Of a stretch of 64,000 bases of DNA, positions 48,673 to 57,275 are shown one piece after another. Every line of letters starts with the position of its first letter. Position 1 is the first letter of the stretch. The position numbers were made by a program, and so were the translations under genes. The notes beneath the pieces are model-generated. The model had not been told where the DNA came from and ran no database searches. It was given only the letters and a program-made list of their open reading frames with translations. Source of the DNA: an uncultured Gammaproteobacteria bacterium (lineage in GTDB: Bacteria > Patescibacteriota > Patescibacteriia > S139-126); NCBI GenBank assembly GCA_964620905.1, contig CAZUKA010000001.1, forward strand, positions 90,890 through 154,889, read 5' to 3'.

Positions 48673-49653
48673 AATAACTTTATGAAACTTTTAGTCACAG
48701 GCGGAGCTGGGTTTATTGGCAGTAATTTTATTCATTATTGGTTAGCCATCCACCCTCAAGATAAAATTGTAAATTTGGATAAGCTTACTTATGCCGGGAA
48801 TTTGGATAATTTAGTAAATGTTGTTGATAATCCAAATTATACTTTTATCAAAGGTGATATTGGTGATGGTAAATTATTAGATGAAATACTACCCAATATT
48901 GATTTGGTTGTTCATTTTGCAGCTGAATCACATGTAGACAGGTCTATTACTGGTCCGGCTGTTTTTATTGAAACAAATGTTTTAGGTACTCAGGTACTTT
49001 TGGATGCTTGTTTAAAGCATAAAATTGCCCATTTTCACCATGTATCTACTGATGAGGTATTTGGTGCCTTAGAGCTTGATAGTAAGGCCAAATTTAGCGA
49101 AATAACGCCTTATAACCCCCATTCACCTTATAGCGCCTCAAAAGCTGCTTCTGACCATCTAGTGAGATCATATGGCACTACTTTTGGCCTTAAATATACT
49201 ATTACCAACTGTTCAAACAATTTTGGCCCTTATCAGTATCCAGAAAAGTTTTTGCCAGTGATGATAATTAACTTACTTCAAGACAAAAAAGTCCCAGTAT
49301 ATGGTGATGGTTTATATGTTAGGGATTGGTTGTATGTGGAAGATCACTGTCGGGCAATTGATTTAGTTATCAATTCCGGCAAGACTAGTGAAACATATTG
49401 CATTGGTGGACAAACCGAAGATGTGAATAATATTGATATTACGAAAAAAGTTTTAGCTCTTATGGATAAAGATGAATCATATATTGAATATGTTAAAGAC
49501 CGTCCTGGTCATGATCGTCGGTATGCAGTTGATTGGAGTAAGGCTAAAACTGAACTCGGCTACAAACCTGCTCATGATTTTGATACCTATTTACAAAAAA
49601 CTGTTGAGTGGTATCAACAAAATCAAGAATGGTGGAAGAAACTTATAAAATAA
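48667..49653 (+). CDS. rfbB: dTDP-glucose 4,6-dehydratase (start probably the second ATG at 48682, 'MKLLVTGGAGFIGS')
   Basis: 'LLVTGGAGFIGSNFIHYW', 'HVSTDEVFG', 'YSASKAASDHLVRSY'. Confidence 0.9.
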   Translation: MTNNFMKLLVTGGAGFIGSNFIHYWLAIHPQDKIVNLDKLTYAGNLDNLVNVVDNPNYTFIKGDIGDGKLLDEILPNIDLVVHFAAESHVDRSITGPAVFIETNVLGTQVLLDACLKHKIAHFHHVSTDEVFGALELDSKAKFSEITPYNPHSPYSASKAASDHLVRSYGTTFGLKYTITNCSNNFGPYQYPEKFLPVMIINLLQDKKVPVYGDGLYVRDWLYVEDHCRAIDLVINSGKTSETYCIGGQTEDVNNIDITKKVLALMDKDESYIEYVKDRPGHDRRYAVDWSKAKTELGYKPAHDFDTYLQKTVEWYQQNQEWWKKLIK

Positions 49654-49720
49654 ATTAATGGATACTTTAAATAAAAAAGTTAAAAAGCAGACTTGTTTAT
49701 AATAATTCATAATAAAAAAT

Positions 49721-50293
49721 ATGAAATATAAGATTTTTTCTTTAATTACTTTAAGTTTATTGTTAAGTGGTTGTAGTTTATTAAATCAATCTCAACAAAC
49801 AAAAGTGAGTTTTGAACAACCAATAAATAATAATTTACCTGTTGACACAGAAACAAAAAATTCAGAGCCTACTTCACCGGTTAATAATACGGAAGCACCT
49901 AAAGTTGAGGTTGCCAACAAAAATACTTTAAATTTAAGTAAGCAAAATTTGAGTAAGATTCCAGACAATGTATTTAAGCAAACAAATTTACAAGAATTAA
50001 ATGTATCCAATAATCAATTGACAGGGGCAATTCAAGGGGAGATAAGATTTTTACAAAATTTAATAATCCTAAATGCCAGTAACAATCAGATGACTGGAGT
50101 ACCAGCTGAAGTTGGTCAACTTAAAAATTTATAAGTTCTTAATTTATCAAACAACCAACTAACAGGACTTCCTTATGAGTTGGGTAATTTGCAAAACCTT
50201 AAAACTTTAAATATTTCTGGAAATAATTATTCAGAATTGGATCTAAGTATAATTGTCGAGAAATTACCTGCCAGTGTAAAAATAATAAAATAA
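49721..50293 (+). pseudogene. Leucine-rich-repeat lipoprotein-like gene interrupted by an in-frame TAA (50132-50134)
   Basis: Signal/lipobox-like 'LLLSGCSL'. LRR units 'LQELNVSNNQLTG...', '...LKNL*VLNLSNNQLTGLPYELGNLQNLKTLNISGNN' continue in the same frame after the stop, which replaces a repeat position. Confidence 0.55.
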
Positions 50294-50321
50294 ATTATTT
50301 AACTAGTTAGATAATTTATAG

Positions 50322-50795
50322 ATGAAAGAAAAAAATCACAATATATTAGTTGATGGAATAGAACGTAACACTCACGTGCCAGCAGTATATGCGTTATTTA
50401 TACGTGACAATAAAATATTTTTAACCAGGCGTTTCAATACTGGATATAAAGATGGAAAATACATGGTGCCTTCTGGCCACGTAGAGGCAGGTGAGACATA
50501 TACCCAGGCACTTTTACGCGAGGTTAAGGAGGAAGCCGGAATAGAGTTGAAAGACCATTCGTTTAGCTTTGTTCATATTATGAACCGGTTATCAGGTACG
50601 AAATATCAACGAGTAGATGTATTTTTTAAAATAACAAATTGGGATAATGAGCCTTTCAATAATGAACCTGAAAAGTGTGATGAAGTTGGCTGGTATAATC
50701 TGAACAATTTGCCAAATAACACAGTTGAGTATTTGGCTTATGCGTTAGATCAAATTAAAAATAATATATCATACAGCGAATACGGGTGGGAATAA
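50322..50795 (+). CDS. NUDIX hydrolase
   Basis: Canonical Nudix box 'GHVEAGETYTQALLREVKEEAGIEL'. Confidence 0.8.
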   Translation: MKEKNHNILVDGIERNTHVPAVYALFIRDNKIFLTRRFNTGYKDGKYMVPSGHVEAGETYTQALLREVKEEAGIELKDHSFSFVHIMNRLSGTKYQRVDVFFKITNWDNEPFNNEPEKCDEVGWYNLNNLPNNTVEYLAYALDQIKNNISYSEYGWE

Positions 50796-50811
50796 ATTAT
50801 TAAATTATATA

Positions 50812-51660
50812 ATGAAAAAAATATTGATTTTGGGTGCACAAGGAATGCTCGGCCATGATCTGGCTGAAGCTTTCAAAGACTATCATCCGATTTTGTGGGA
50901 CCGGGATGAATTGGATATAACAAATCAAGCAAAGGTGTCAGAAAAATTTAAAGAAGTCTTACCTGAAATAGTTATCAATGCAGCTGCTTATACTAATGTT
51001 GATGGAGCGGAAAAAGAAATAGAATTAGCTTATGCTATCAATGCTGATGCGGTTGGTTATGTTGCTTTGGCAGCTAAAGAAATTGGTAGTAAAGTTGTGC
51101 AGCTTAGTACGGAATATGTTTTCAATGGAGAAAATATGTCTGGTTATAATGAAGAGGCAACAACCAATCCAATCAATGTTTATGGCCAATCAAAAGCTAA
51201 GGGTGAAAAAATTTTGATTGATTCGGGAGTTGATTATTTTTTAGTTAGAACATCTTGGTTGTATGGACAGGCGCCGCAAAAAGGTAAACCCAGGGGTAAA
51301 AATTTTATTGATACAATTTTAGAAAAGGCAAGATTGGGAGAAAAATTTCAAGTGGTAGATGATCAGTGGGGCAGACCAACTTATACTAAAGATTTAGCCC
51401 AGGGAATAAAAAAACTAGTAGCTAATAACTACCAAAAAGGTATTTATCATTTGGTGAACGAGGGACAGATTAGTTGGTATGGGTTAGCTTGTGAAGCGTT
51501 GCGGCAGATGAATATAAATGCTAAAATTAATCCGTGTCAGAGCATTGATTTTCCCAGTGTTGCTAAACGACCACGCTATTCACTGCTCAACAATAATAAA
51601 TTTCCCAAATTTAGAAATTGGTCACAAGCACTGGCAGAATATATTCAAACTAAATTTTAA
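50812..51660 (+). CDS. rfbD: dTDP-4-dehydrorhamnose reductase
   Basis: 'KILILGAQGMLGHDL', 'ELDITNQAKV', 'YGQSKAKGEK' (YxxxK). Confidence 0.8.
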   Translation: MKKILILGAQGMLGHDLAEAFKDYHPILWDRDELDITNQAKVSEKFKEVLPEIVINAAAYTNVDGAEKEIELAYAINADAVGYVALAAKEIGSKVVQLSTEYVFNGENMSGYNEEATTNPINVYGQSKAKGEKILIDSGVDYFLVRTSWLYGQAPQKGKPRGKNFIDTILEKARLGEKFQVVDDQWGRPTYTKDLAQGIKKLVANNYQKGIYHLVNEGQISWYGLACEALRQMNINAKINPCQSIDFPSVAKRPRYSLLNNNKFPKFRNWSQALAEYIQTKF

Positions 51661-51685
51661 TTTCTTTTATACTTAATACAATTTT

Positions 51686-52135
51686 ATGGGCCATGACTTT
51701 TTAATATCAGTCAATGCCATTATTGAAAAAGACGGAGAAATTTTATTGGTTAAACGATCTGACCGTGATATGTGGAGACTTCCGGGTGCGGAGATGAGTT
51801 TAGGTGAAACCATAGATGAGTCAATTATCAAGGCAATTCATCAAAAATTAGGACTGACAATTAGCATTGATAGAGTGATTGGTCTTTATTCAAAACCAAT
51901 ACAGAATGAACTGGTGGTTTTATTTTCTGTCAGATTGATGAATAAAAAACAGACTCCTAAACCAAGCAGCAATTATGTGGCAGCTGATTATTTTTCAACA
52001 GATAAATTGCCAGAGAATTTTCCTGACAAAAATTGGGAACGGGTAAAAGACTATTTGGAAAAATCAAATGAAGTATTTATTAAGACCCAGATGTCACCGC
52101 CCTCCAGTTTAAAATACCCACCACTTCATAAATAG
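51686..52135 (+). CDS. Nudix-fold protein with a degenerate Nudix box (likely non-catalytic or altered chemistry)
   Basis: 'GAEMSLGETIDESIIKAIHQKLGL' aligns to G-x5-E-x7-REUxEExGU with REx..EE replaced by KAx..QK. Confidence 0.5.
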   Translation: MGHDFLISVNAIIEKDGEILLVKRSDRDMWRLPGAEMSLGETIDESIIKAIHQKLGLTISIDRVIGLYSKPIQNELVVLFSVRLMNKKQTPKPSSNYVAADYFSTDKLPENFPDKNWERVKDYLEKSNEVFIKTQMSPPSSLKYPPLHK

Positions 52136-52142
52136 ATAAACC

Positions 52143-52871
52143 ATGAAAGGAATTATTTTAGCGGGCGGCAAAGCTACTAGATTGCGGCCGTTGACATTGG
52201 TGACAAGCAAACAATTATTACCGGTATACAATCGGCCTATGATTTTTTATCCCTTGTTTACTTTATTGACCGCAGGGATTAAAGAAATACTCATTATCAT
52301 TGCTCCAGATTATGCTGGACATTTTTTGCATCTACTTGGTACTGGCAGACAGTTTGGCGCTAAGTTTACTTATGAAATTCAGGAAAGCCCCAGGGGACTA
52401 GCTGATGCTTTTATTATTGGTGAGGATTTTATTGACAATGGCGATGTAGCTATGATTTTGGGTGATAATATTTTTGGTGATGATCTAAGTCAAGATATTA
52501 AATCATTTGCTGGTGGAGGTCGTGTTTTTGCTAAACAAGTTCCCGATCCGGAAAGATATGGTGTTGTTTCTTTCAATAAACAAGGACACGCTTTGTCTAT
52601 TGAAGAAAAACCAAAACAACCCCAAAGCAATTATTGTGTAACAGGTCTTTATGTTTATGATCAACAGGTAGTTGAAATAGCTAAAAATTTACAACCTTCA
52701 AATCGTGGTGAAATAGAGATTACTGATATCAATAATGTTTATTTAAAAAAACAAGAATTAGATGTGCGGATAATCAAGGGCGATTGGTTTGATACAGGTA
52801 CATTTGATTCTTTGCTTATGGCCTCAAATTGGGCGGCAAAAAACCAGCATCGGTGGGCAGAATTTCCCTAG
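52143..52871 (+). CDS. rfbA: Glucose-1-phosphate thymidylyltransferase (short, C-terminally truncated relative to typical RmlA)
   Basis: 'MKGIILAGGKATRLRPLTLVTSKQLLPVYNRPMIFYPL', 'GLADAFIIGEDFI', 'DTGTFDSLL'. Confidence 0.8.
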   Translation: MKGIILAGGKATRLRPLTLVTSKQLLPVYNRPMIFYPLFTLLTAGIKEILIIIAPDYAGHFLHLLGTGRQFGAKFTYEIQESPRGLADAFIIGEDFIDNGDVAMILGDNIFGDDLSQDIKSFAGGGRVFAKQVPDPERYGVVSFNKQGHALSIEEKPKQPQSNYCVTGLYVYDQQVVEIAKNLQPSNRGEIEITDINNVYLKKQELDVRIIKGDWFDTGTFDSLLMASNWAAKNQHRWAEFP

Positions 52872-54204
52872 TGAACAAATCTTGTGAGTCATTGTCATTG
52901 CTTTGACTATAAAAAATCTGAGTACCGGTTTTATTGAACCGGGCTTTTTGAATCTTATTATTATTTAGCAATTGGGCACGATTTCTTTTGTCACGATTAT
53001 CAAGTTCTATCATTTCCAAACCATTTTGATTTGCAATTAATAAATGGTTATTGGAATTATACCATAATACTTCTTTGATAGGAGTTGATTCGCGAGTAAT
53101 CAAAGAAATATTGTCACCTTGTTTGTGCCATATTTCCCAATTATCATAAAAAATCAAGGTTTGTTGGGGTGAAAAAAAAGCTTTTTTCACATCGTTAAAA
53201 ATACGAGAATAATTGTTGAAACCATCTTCGTCTTTATTTAAACTCAGGGTATAAAGTTTTAAATTTTTTTGATCTAAAATTACTGCTTGTCGATCAAGCA
53301 CACGAATAAATCGGTAACCATCTGAGAAGGGTAGTAGATAATTTGGCCAAACTTGATTGTCAAGGCCAGTTTGCTTGGTGCGTAGGTAAATGTTGTTGTC
53401 AGATAATTTATTTTCTAAATAATAGATAAGATTATTTTCCGTAAAAAAATCAATTAGCAAAGAATTGGTGCTACTGACAACAGTTTCTAGGCGAGTAAGG
53501 GTAAAAGGATCAAAAAAATATATTTGGTTTGCTTGGGCACAAATCACTGAATTGTTTAGTTCTCCCCATAAACGACAGTTTAATATTTGATTGTTTGTGT
53601 TTTTTGGCCAACTGGACAATTTATTTGGATCAGATAAGCGCCAAAAATAGTAAGACTCAGCTGTTACTAACAGTAAAGCTTGATTATTTTCTGACCAAGT
53701 GTAATCTATGATTGAATTTGCTAAATCTCCAATCAATTGTTGTTGGTTATTTTGATAATTTAAAAGCCACAATTTTCCGGCTTTTTGAAAAATTATAATT
53801 TGTTGCTGGTCATGACTAGTCCAAAAATTTATATTGGAGAGCAAAATTGAGCTGGTAGCATTTTCTTGGAAAAGGTAAACATGTTCGGCAAAGGTTGTTT
53901 CACCGGAGTTAACAGAAAGATTTTTTTCCCAAGTTGAAAAACCCTCACGGTAAATTTTAACTCGATAAGTATTGGCAAGTAAATTGTTGAAACGCCAAGG
54001 AGTATTTTTTTCATAAAGATCATCATTAAGACTGATCAACACTTTTTTAGGTGTGGTCTTAATAACTAAATTGCCAATTTTTTCCACTCGATTTTTATAA
54101 TGATTCCAACGATATCCGGTTGTATAAAGTACTACTAGTGGAGCAGTAATAAGAAAAAGCAAAACAAATATAAGATATATAAGTCGCCTAGTTTTTAGTT
54201 GCAT
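52816..54204 (-). CDS. Membrane-anchored protein with an N-terminal PEGA-like domain and a beta-rich C-terminal region
   Basis: TM 'LIYLIFVLLFLITAPLVVLY', then 'NLVIKTTPKKVLISLNDDLYEKNTPWRFNNLLANTYRVKIYREGFSTWEKNLSV' (PEGA-like). 3' end overlaps rfbA by 56 nt. Confidence 0.5.
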   Translation of the reverse strand: MQLKTRRLIYLIFVLLFLITAPLVVLYTTGYRWNHYKNRVEKIGNLVIKTTPKKVLISLNDDLYEKNTPWRFNNLLANTYRVKIYREGFSTWEKNLSVNSGETTFAEHVYLFQENATSSILLSNINFWTSHDQQQIIIFQKAGKLWLLNYQNNQQQLIGDLANSIIDYTWSENNQALLLVTAESYYFWRLSDPNKLSSWPKNTNNQILNCRLWGELNNSVICAQANQIYFFDPFTLTRLETVVSSTNSLLIDFFTENNLIYYLENKLSDNNIYLRTKQTGLDNQVWPNYLLPFSDGYRFIRVLDRQAVILDQKNLKLYTLSLNKDEDGFNNYSRIFNDVKKAFFSPQQTLIFYDNWEIWHKQGDNISLITRESTPIKEVLWYNSNNHLLIANQNGLEMIELDNRDKRNRAQLLNNNKIQKARFNKTGTQIFYSQSNDNDSQDLFTREILPTDAGFLPPNLRP

Positions 54205-54303
54205 AATATAAGGATTATAGTCTGTTATATATTATACCATTTTATATTTCTTGAATAAAATTAATTTATCAATTACAATAAATAATGTAATTTTAGTTTT
54301 TAA

Positions 54304-55563
54304 ATGTCCAAATACATTATCGAAGGTCAAAACAAGCTAGCCGGCGAAGTGTCTATATCTGGGGCAAAAAATATGGCGACCAAAGTCTTGGTGGCTTCTT
54401 TACTATCCGAACAAGTTATGAAAGTGGGAAATGTGCCTGAAATTGAGGATGTAAAAAGATTATTAGAGATTTTAGCTTCACTGGGTGTTGAGGTAAAAGA
54501 TTTAGGCAAGGGTTCTTATCAACTAAATCCTGGGAAAGTCGACCCTAAGAATTTAAACATTGATTTAGTAAGTAAATTTAGGGCATCAATTTTATTACTC
54601 GGGCCACTTTTAACTCAGTTTAATGAAATTAAATTTCCTCATCCAGGAGGTTGCACTATTGGCAAAAGACCAATTGATATGTTTTTAAATGGTTTTGAAA
54701 AAATGGGGGTAGATGTAAAAATGGATGAAAAATTTTATACTTTTCGCTCGCACGGTTTACAGGGTGCAGATATTGTATTCCCTCAAATTAGTGTTACTGG
54801 TACGGAAACTTTGTTATTAGCAGCAGTAAGAGCTAAGGGCAAAACTAGATTGTTAAATGTTGCTCAAGAACCGGAAGTTGTTTCCTTGGGTGAATATCTC
54901 ATTCAACAAGGAGCTAAAATATCCGGTTTAGGTAGTAGTTTATTAGAGATTGAGGGTGTTTCAACGATAGGTAATGGAGCTGTGGAAATAATTCCTGATC
55001 GCATTGAGACTGGATCATTTTTAGCCTTAGCTTGTGCTAGTAATAGTCATTTGAAAATTATTGATTGTCAACCCGAAGATTTACGTATCCCCATAGCTTT
55101 ATTGGAACAAATGGGTGCCAATATTAAAGTTGGTGCTAATTATTTAGAAGTATTGCCAGGAGAAAATTTACACTCAGTGAATATAAAAACCCACGAATAT
55201 CCGGGGATGCCCACTGATTTACAAGCCCCCTTTACAGTTTTAATGACCCAAAGTCATGGTCAATCCTTGATTCATGAAACTATTTTTGAAGGGCGATTAT
55301 TTTATACTGATTTTTTGAATCGGATGGGTGCCAATATCATTATGTGTGATCCACAACGAGTTATAGTTAGTGGTCCAACAGAGTTGCGAGGTAAAAAACT
55401 TGAATCACCTGATTTGCGGGCCGGTATTGCTATGGTAATAGCAGGTTTGATTGCTCGGGGAGTAACAGAAATTGAAAATATTTATCAAATTGAAAGGGGA
55501 TATGAAGGATTAATTGATAAGCTGCTAAAAATCGGCGCTAAAATTCAAAAATTTGAAGATTAA
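54304..55563 (+). CDS. murA: UDP-N-acetylglucosamine 1-carboxyvinyltransferase
   Basis: 'KLAGEVSISGAKNMATKVLVASLL', 'KFPHPGGCTIGKRPIDMFLNGF' (active-site Cys), 'DLRAGIAMVIAGL'. Confidence 0.9.
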   Translation: MSKYIIEGQNKLAGEVSISGAKNMATKVLVASLLSEQVMKVGNVPEIEDVKRLLEILASLGVEVKDLGKGSYQLNPGKVDPKNLNIDLVSKFRASILLLGPLLTQFNEIKFPHPGGCTIGKRPIDMFLNGFEKMGVDVKMDEKFYTFRSHGLQGADIVFPQISVTGTETLLLAAVRAKGKTRLLNVAQEPEVVSLGEYLIQQGAKISGLGSSLLEIEGVSTIGNGAVEIIPDRIETGSFLALACASNSHLKIIDCQPEDLRIPIALLEQMGANIKVGANYLEVLPGENLHSVNIKTHEYPGMPTDLQAPFTVLMTQSHGQSLIHETIFEGRLFYTDFLNRMGANIIMCDPQRVIVSGPTELRGKKLESPDLRAGIAMVIAGLIARGVTEIENIYQIERGYEGLIDKLLKIGAKIQKFED

Positions 55564-55591
55564 ATAAAGTTTAATTTTTATTACAAGATAT

Positions 55592-56824
55592 ATGGGTTTA
55601 TTTAAAAAATTAATTCTAGCCATTTTTATTGGTTTTTTTATTTTGGGTTTATTTTTTTCAGGTATATTTATTGGTGTACAAAATCGCAATTTTATAGTAG
55701 GTGCTCTGGTTAAAACCGGAACAGGTAAGGTATTTAATAAAAATTTTTTACCAGATTATCTGAGCCAAGATGTTGACTTTAATCTTTATTGGCAGGTTTG
55801 GGAAACTATAAAAAATAGGTATTATGATCGGGAAGAAATAAAAGAAACAGAAATGCTTTACGGTTCATTAGCAGGATTAGTAGGTTCTTTGAATGATCCT
55901 TATTCAATTTTTCTTAATCCCCAAGTCAATCAAGAGTTTGTTCAAGAATTAAGTGGTAAATTTGAAGGCATAGGAGCTGAAATTGGTATACGCAAAGATC
56001 AATTAACCGTAATTGCGCCTTTACCAGATACCCCAGCGGCCAGAGCTGGTTTAAAAAGTGGTGACAAAATTTTAGCCATTGATGGTGTTGATACCCAAGG
56101 TATGGCTTTGGATAAAGCGGTTAGTTTGATTAGAGGTGAAAAGGGAAGTAAAGTGAAATTACTTATTGGTTTTTTGCAAAATGGTGAAGCAAAGGAGTTG
56201 GAAATAGTACGTGATACTATCAAAATAGTTAGTGTTGTTTGGGAACAAAAAACTAATAAAGTCGCATATATAAAGCTATCATATTTTAATGAAGATACGA
56301 CTGATAATTTTCGTCAGGTCATAAATGAAGTGTTAGCTGCTAATCCCGAAGTAATAATATTGGATTTACGCAACAACCCCGGCGGTTTTTTAGATGTAGC
56401 TGTAAAAATCGCAAGCTATTGGGTTGAAAACGAACCTGTAGTTTTGGAAAAGACTTATGACCAAACTGTGAAACCATTTCCAGCAGTTGGTAAACCGATT
56501 TTGAAAAACAAAAAGACCTATGTTTTATTAAATGAAGGATCAGCTTCTGCCTCTGAAATTGTCGCCGGCGCTTTGCAAGATTATGGTTTGGCAACAATAA
56601 TTGGTGAACAATCTTTTGGTAAGGGTAGTGTACAAGATCTAATTGAATTTACTGATGGTTCCTCAGTAAAATTGACCGTAGCTAAATGGTTGACTCCTAA
56701 AGGTAAAGAGATTGATGAAGTGGGAATTACTCCCGATTTAGTGGTAGAAATGACCAATGAAGATTATGATGAAAATAAAGACCCACAAATTGATAAAGTG
56801 ATGGAAATTATTTCTCAAAATTAA
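55592..56824 (+). CDS. ctpA: Carboxyl-terminal processing protease (S41 family) with PDZ domain
   Basis: PDZ 'AARAGLKSGDKILAIDGVDTQGM'. Catalytic 'LDLRNNPGGFLDVAV', 'GSASASEIVAGALQD', 'GKGSVQ'. Confidence 0.85.
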   Translation: MGLFKKLILAIFIGFFILGLFFSGIFIGVQNRNFIVGALVKTGTGKVFNKNFLPDYLSQDVDFNLYWQVWETIKNRYYDREEIKETEMLYGSLAGLVGSLNDPYSIFLNPQVNQEFVQELSGKFEGIGAEIGIRKDQLTVIAPLPDTPAARAGLKSGDKILAIDGVDTQGMALDKAVSLIRGEKGSKVKLLIGFLQNGEAKELEIVRDTIKIVSVVWEQKTNKVAYIKLSYFNEDTTDNFRQVINEVLAANPEVIILDLRNNPGGFLDVAVKIASYWVENEPVVLEKTYDQTVKPFPAVGKPILKNKKTYVLLNEGSASASEIVAGALQDYGLATIIGEQSFGKGSVQDLIEFTDGSSVKLTVAKWLTPKGKEIDEVGITPDLVVEMTNEDYDENKDPQIDKVMEIISQN

Positions 56825-56833
56825 TTTATTAAC

Positions 56834-57274
56834 ATGAAAGTAATTTTTATTAAACAAGTTTCCAATGTTGGTCGGGTCGGGGAAATGAAAGAAGTAAGCG
56901 ATGGTTATGCCAGAAATTATTTGATACCTCAAGGATTTGCTAAAATCGCCGATGAGAAAAATTTAAAAGATTGGCAGTTGAATATGCTTAAGCAGCAGCA
57001 AGTAAAAAATAAACAATCTGATCGTTGGTTAAGTTATGTTCGCAAACTGTCTAAACTTAATTTAACAATACATCGTAAAGCCAATGATCAAAATCATCTT
57101 TTTGCTCAAGTAAAAAGTGAAGATATTATTCAAGAATTGAGTAGAATCAACTTATATTTACCGGAAGTAAAAATAGTTGCTCAATCTTTTAAAACCCTTG
57201 GCGAACATCAGGTAGAGATAGCTTTTCCAGGGCAGAAAAACATTTATTTTAAATTAACAATTTTACCCGAATAA
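56834..57274 (+). CDS. rplI: 50S ribosomal protein L9
   Basis: 'MKVIFIKQVSNVGRVGEMKEVSDGYARNYLIPQGFA'. Confidence 0.9.
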   Translation: MKVIFIKQVSNVGRVGEMKEVSDGYARNYLIPQGFAKIADEKNLKDWQLNMLKQQQVKNKQSDRWLSYVRKLSKLNLTIHRKANDQNHLFAQVKSEDIIQELSRINLYLPEVKIVAQSFKTLGEHQVEIAFPGQKNIYFKLTILPE

Positions 57275-57275
57275 A

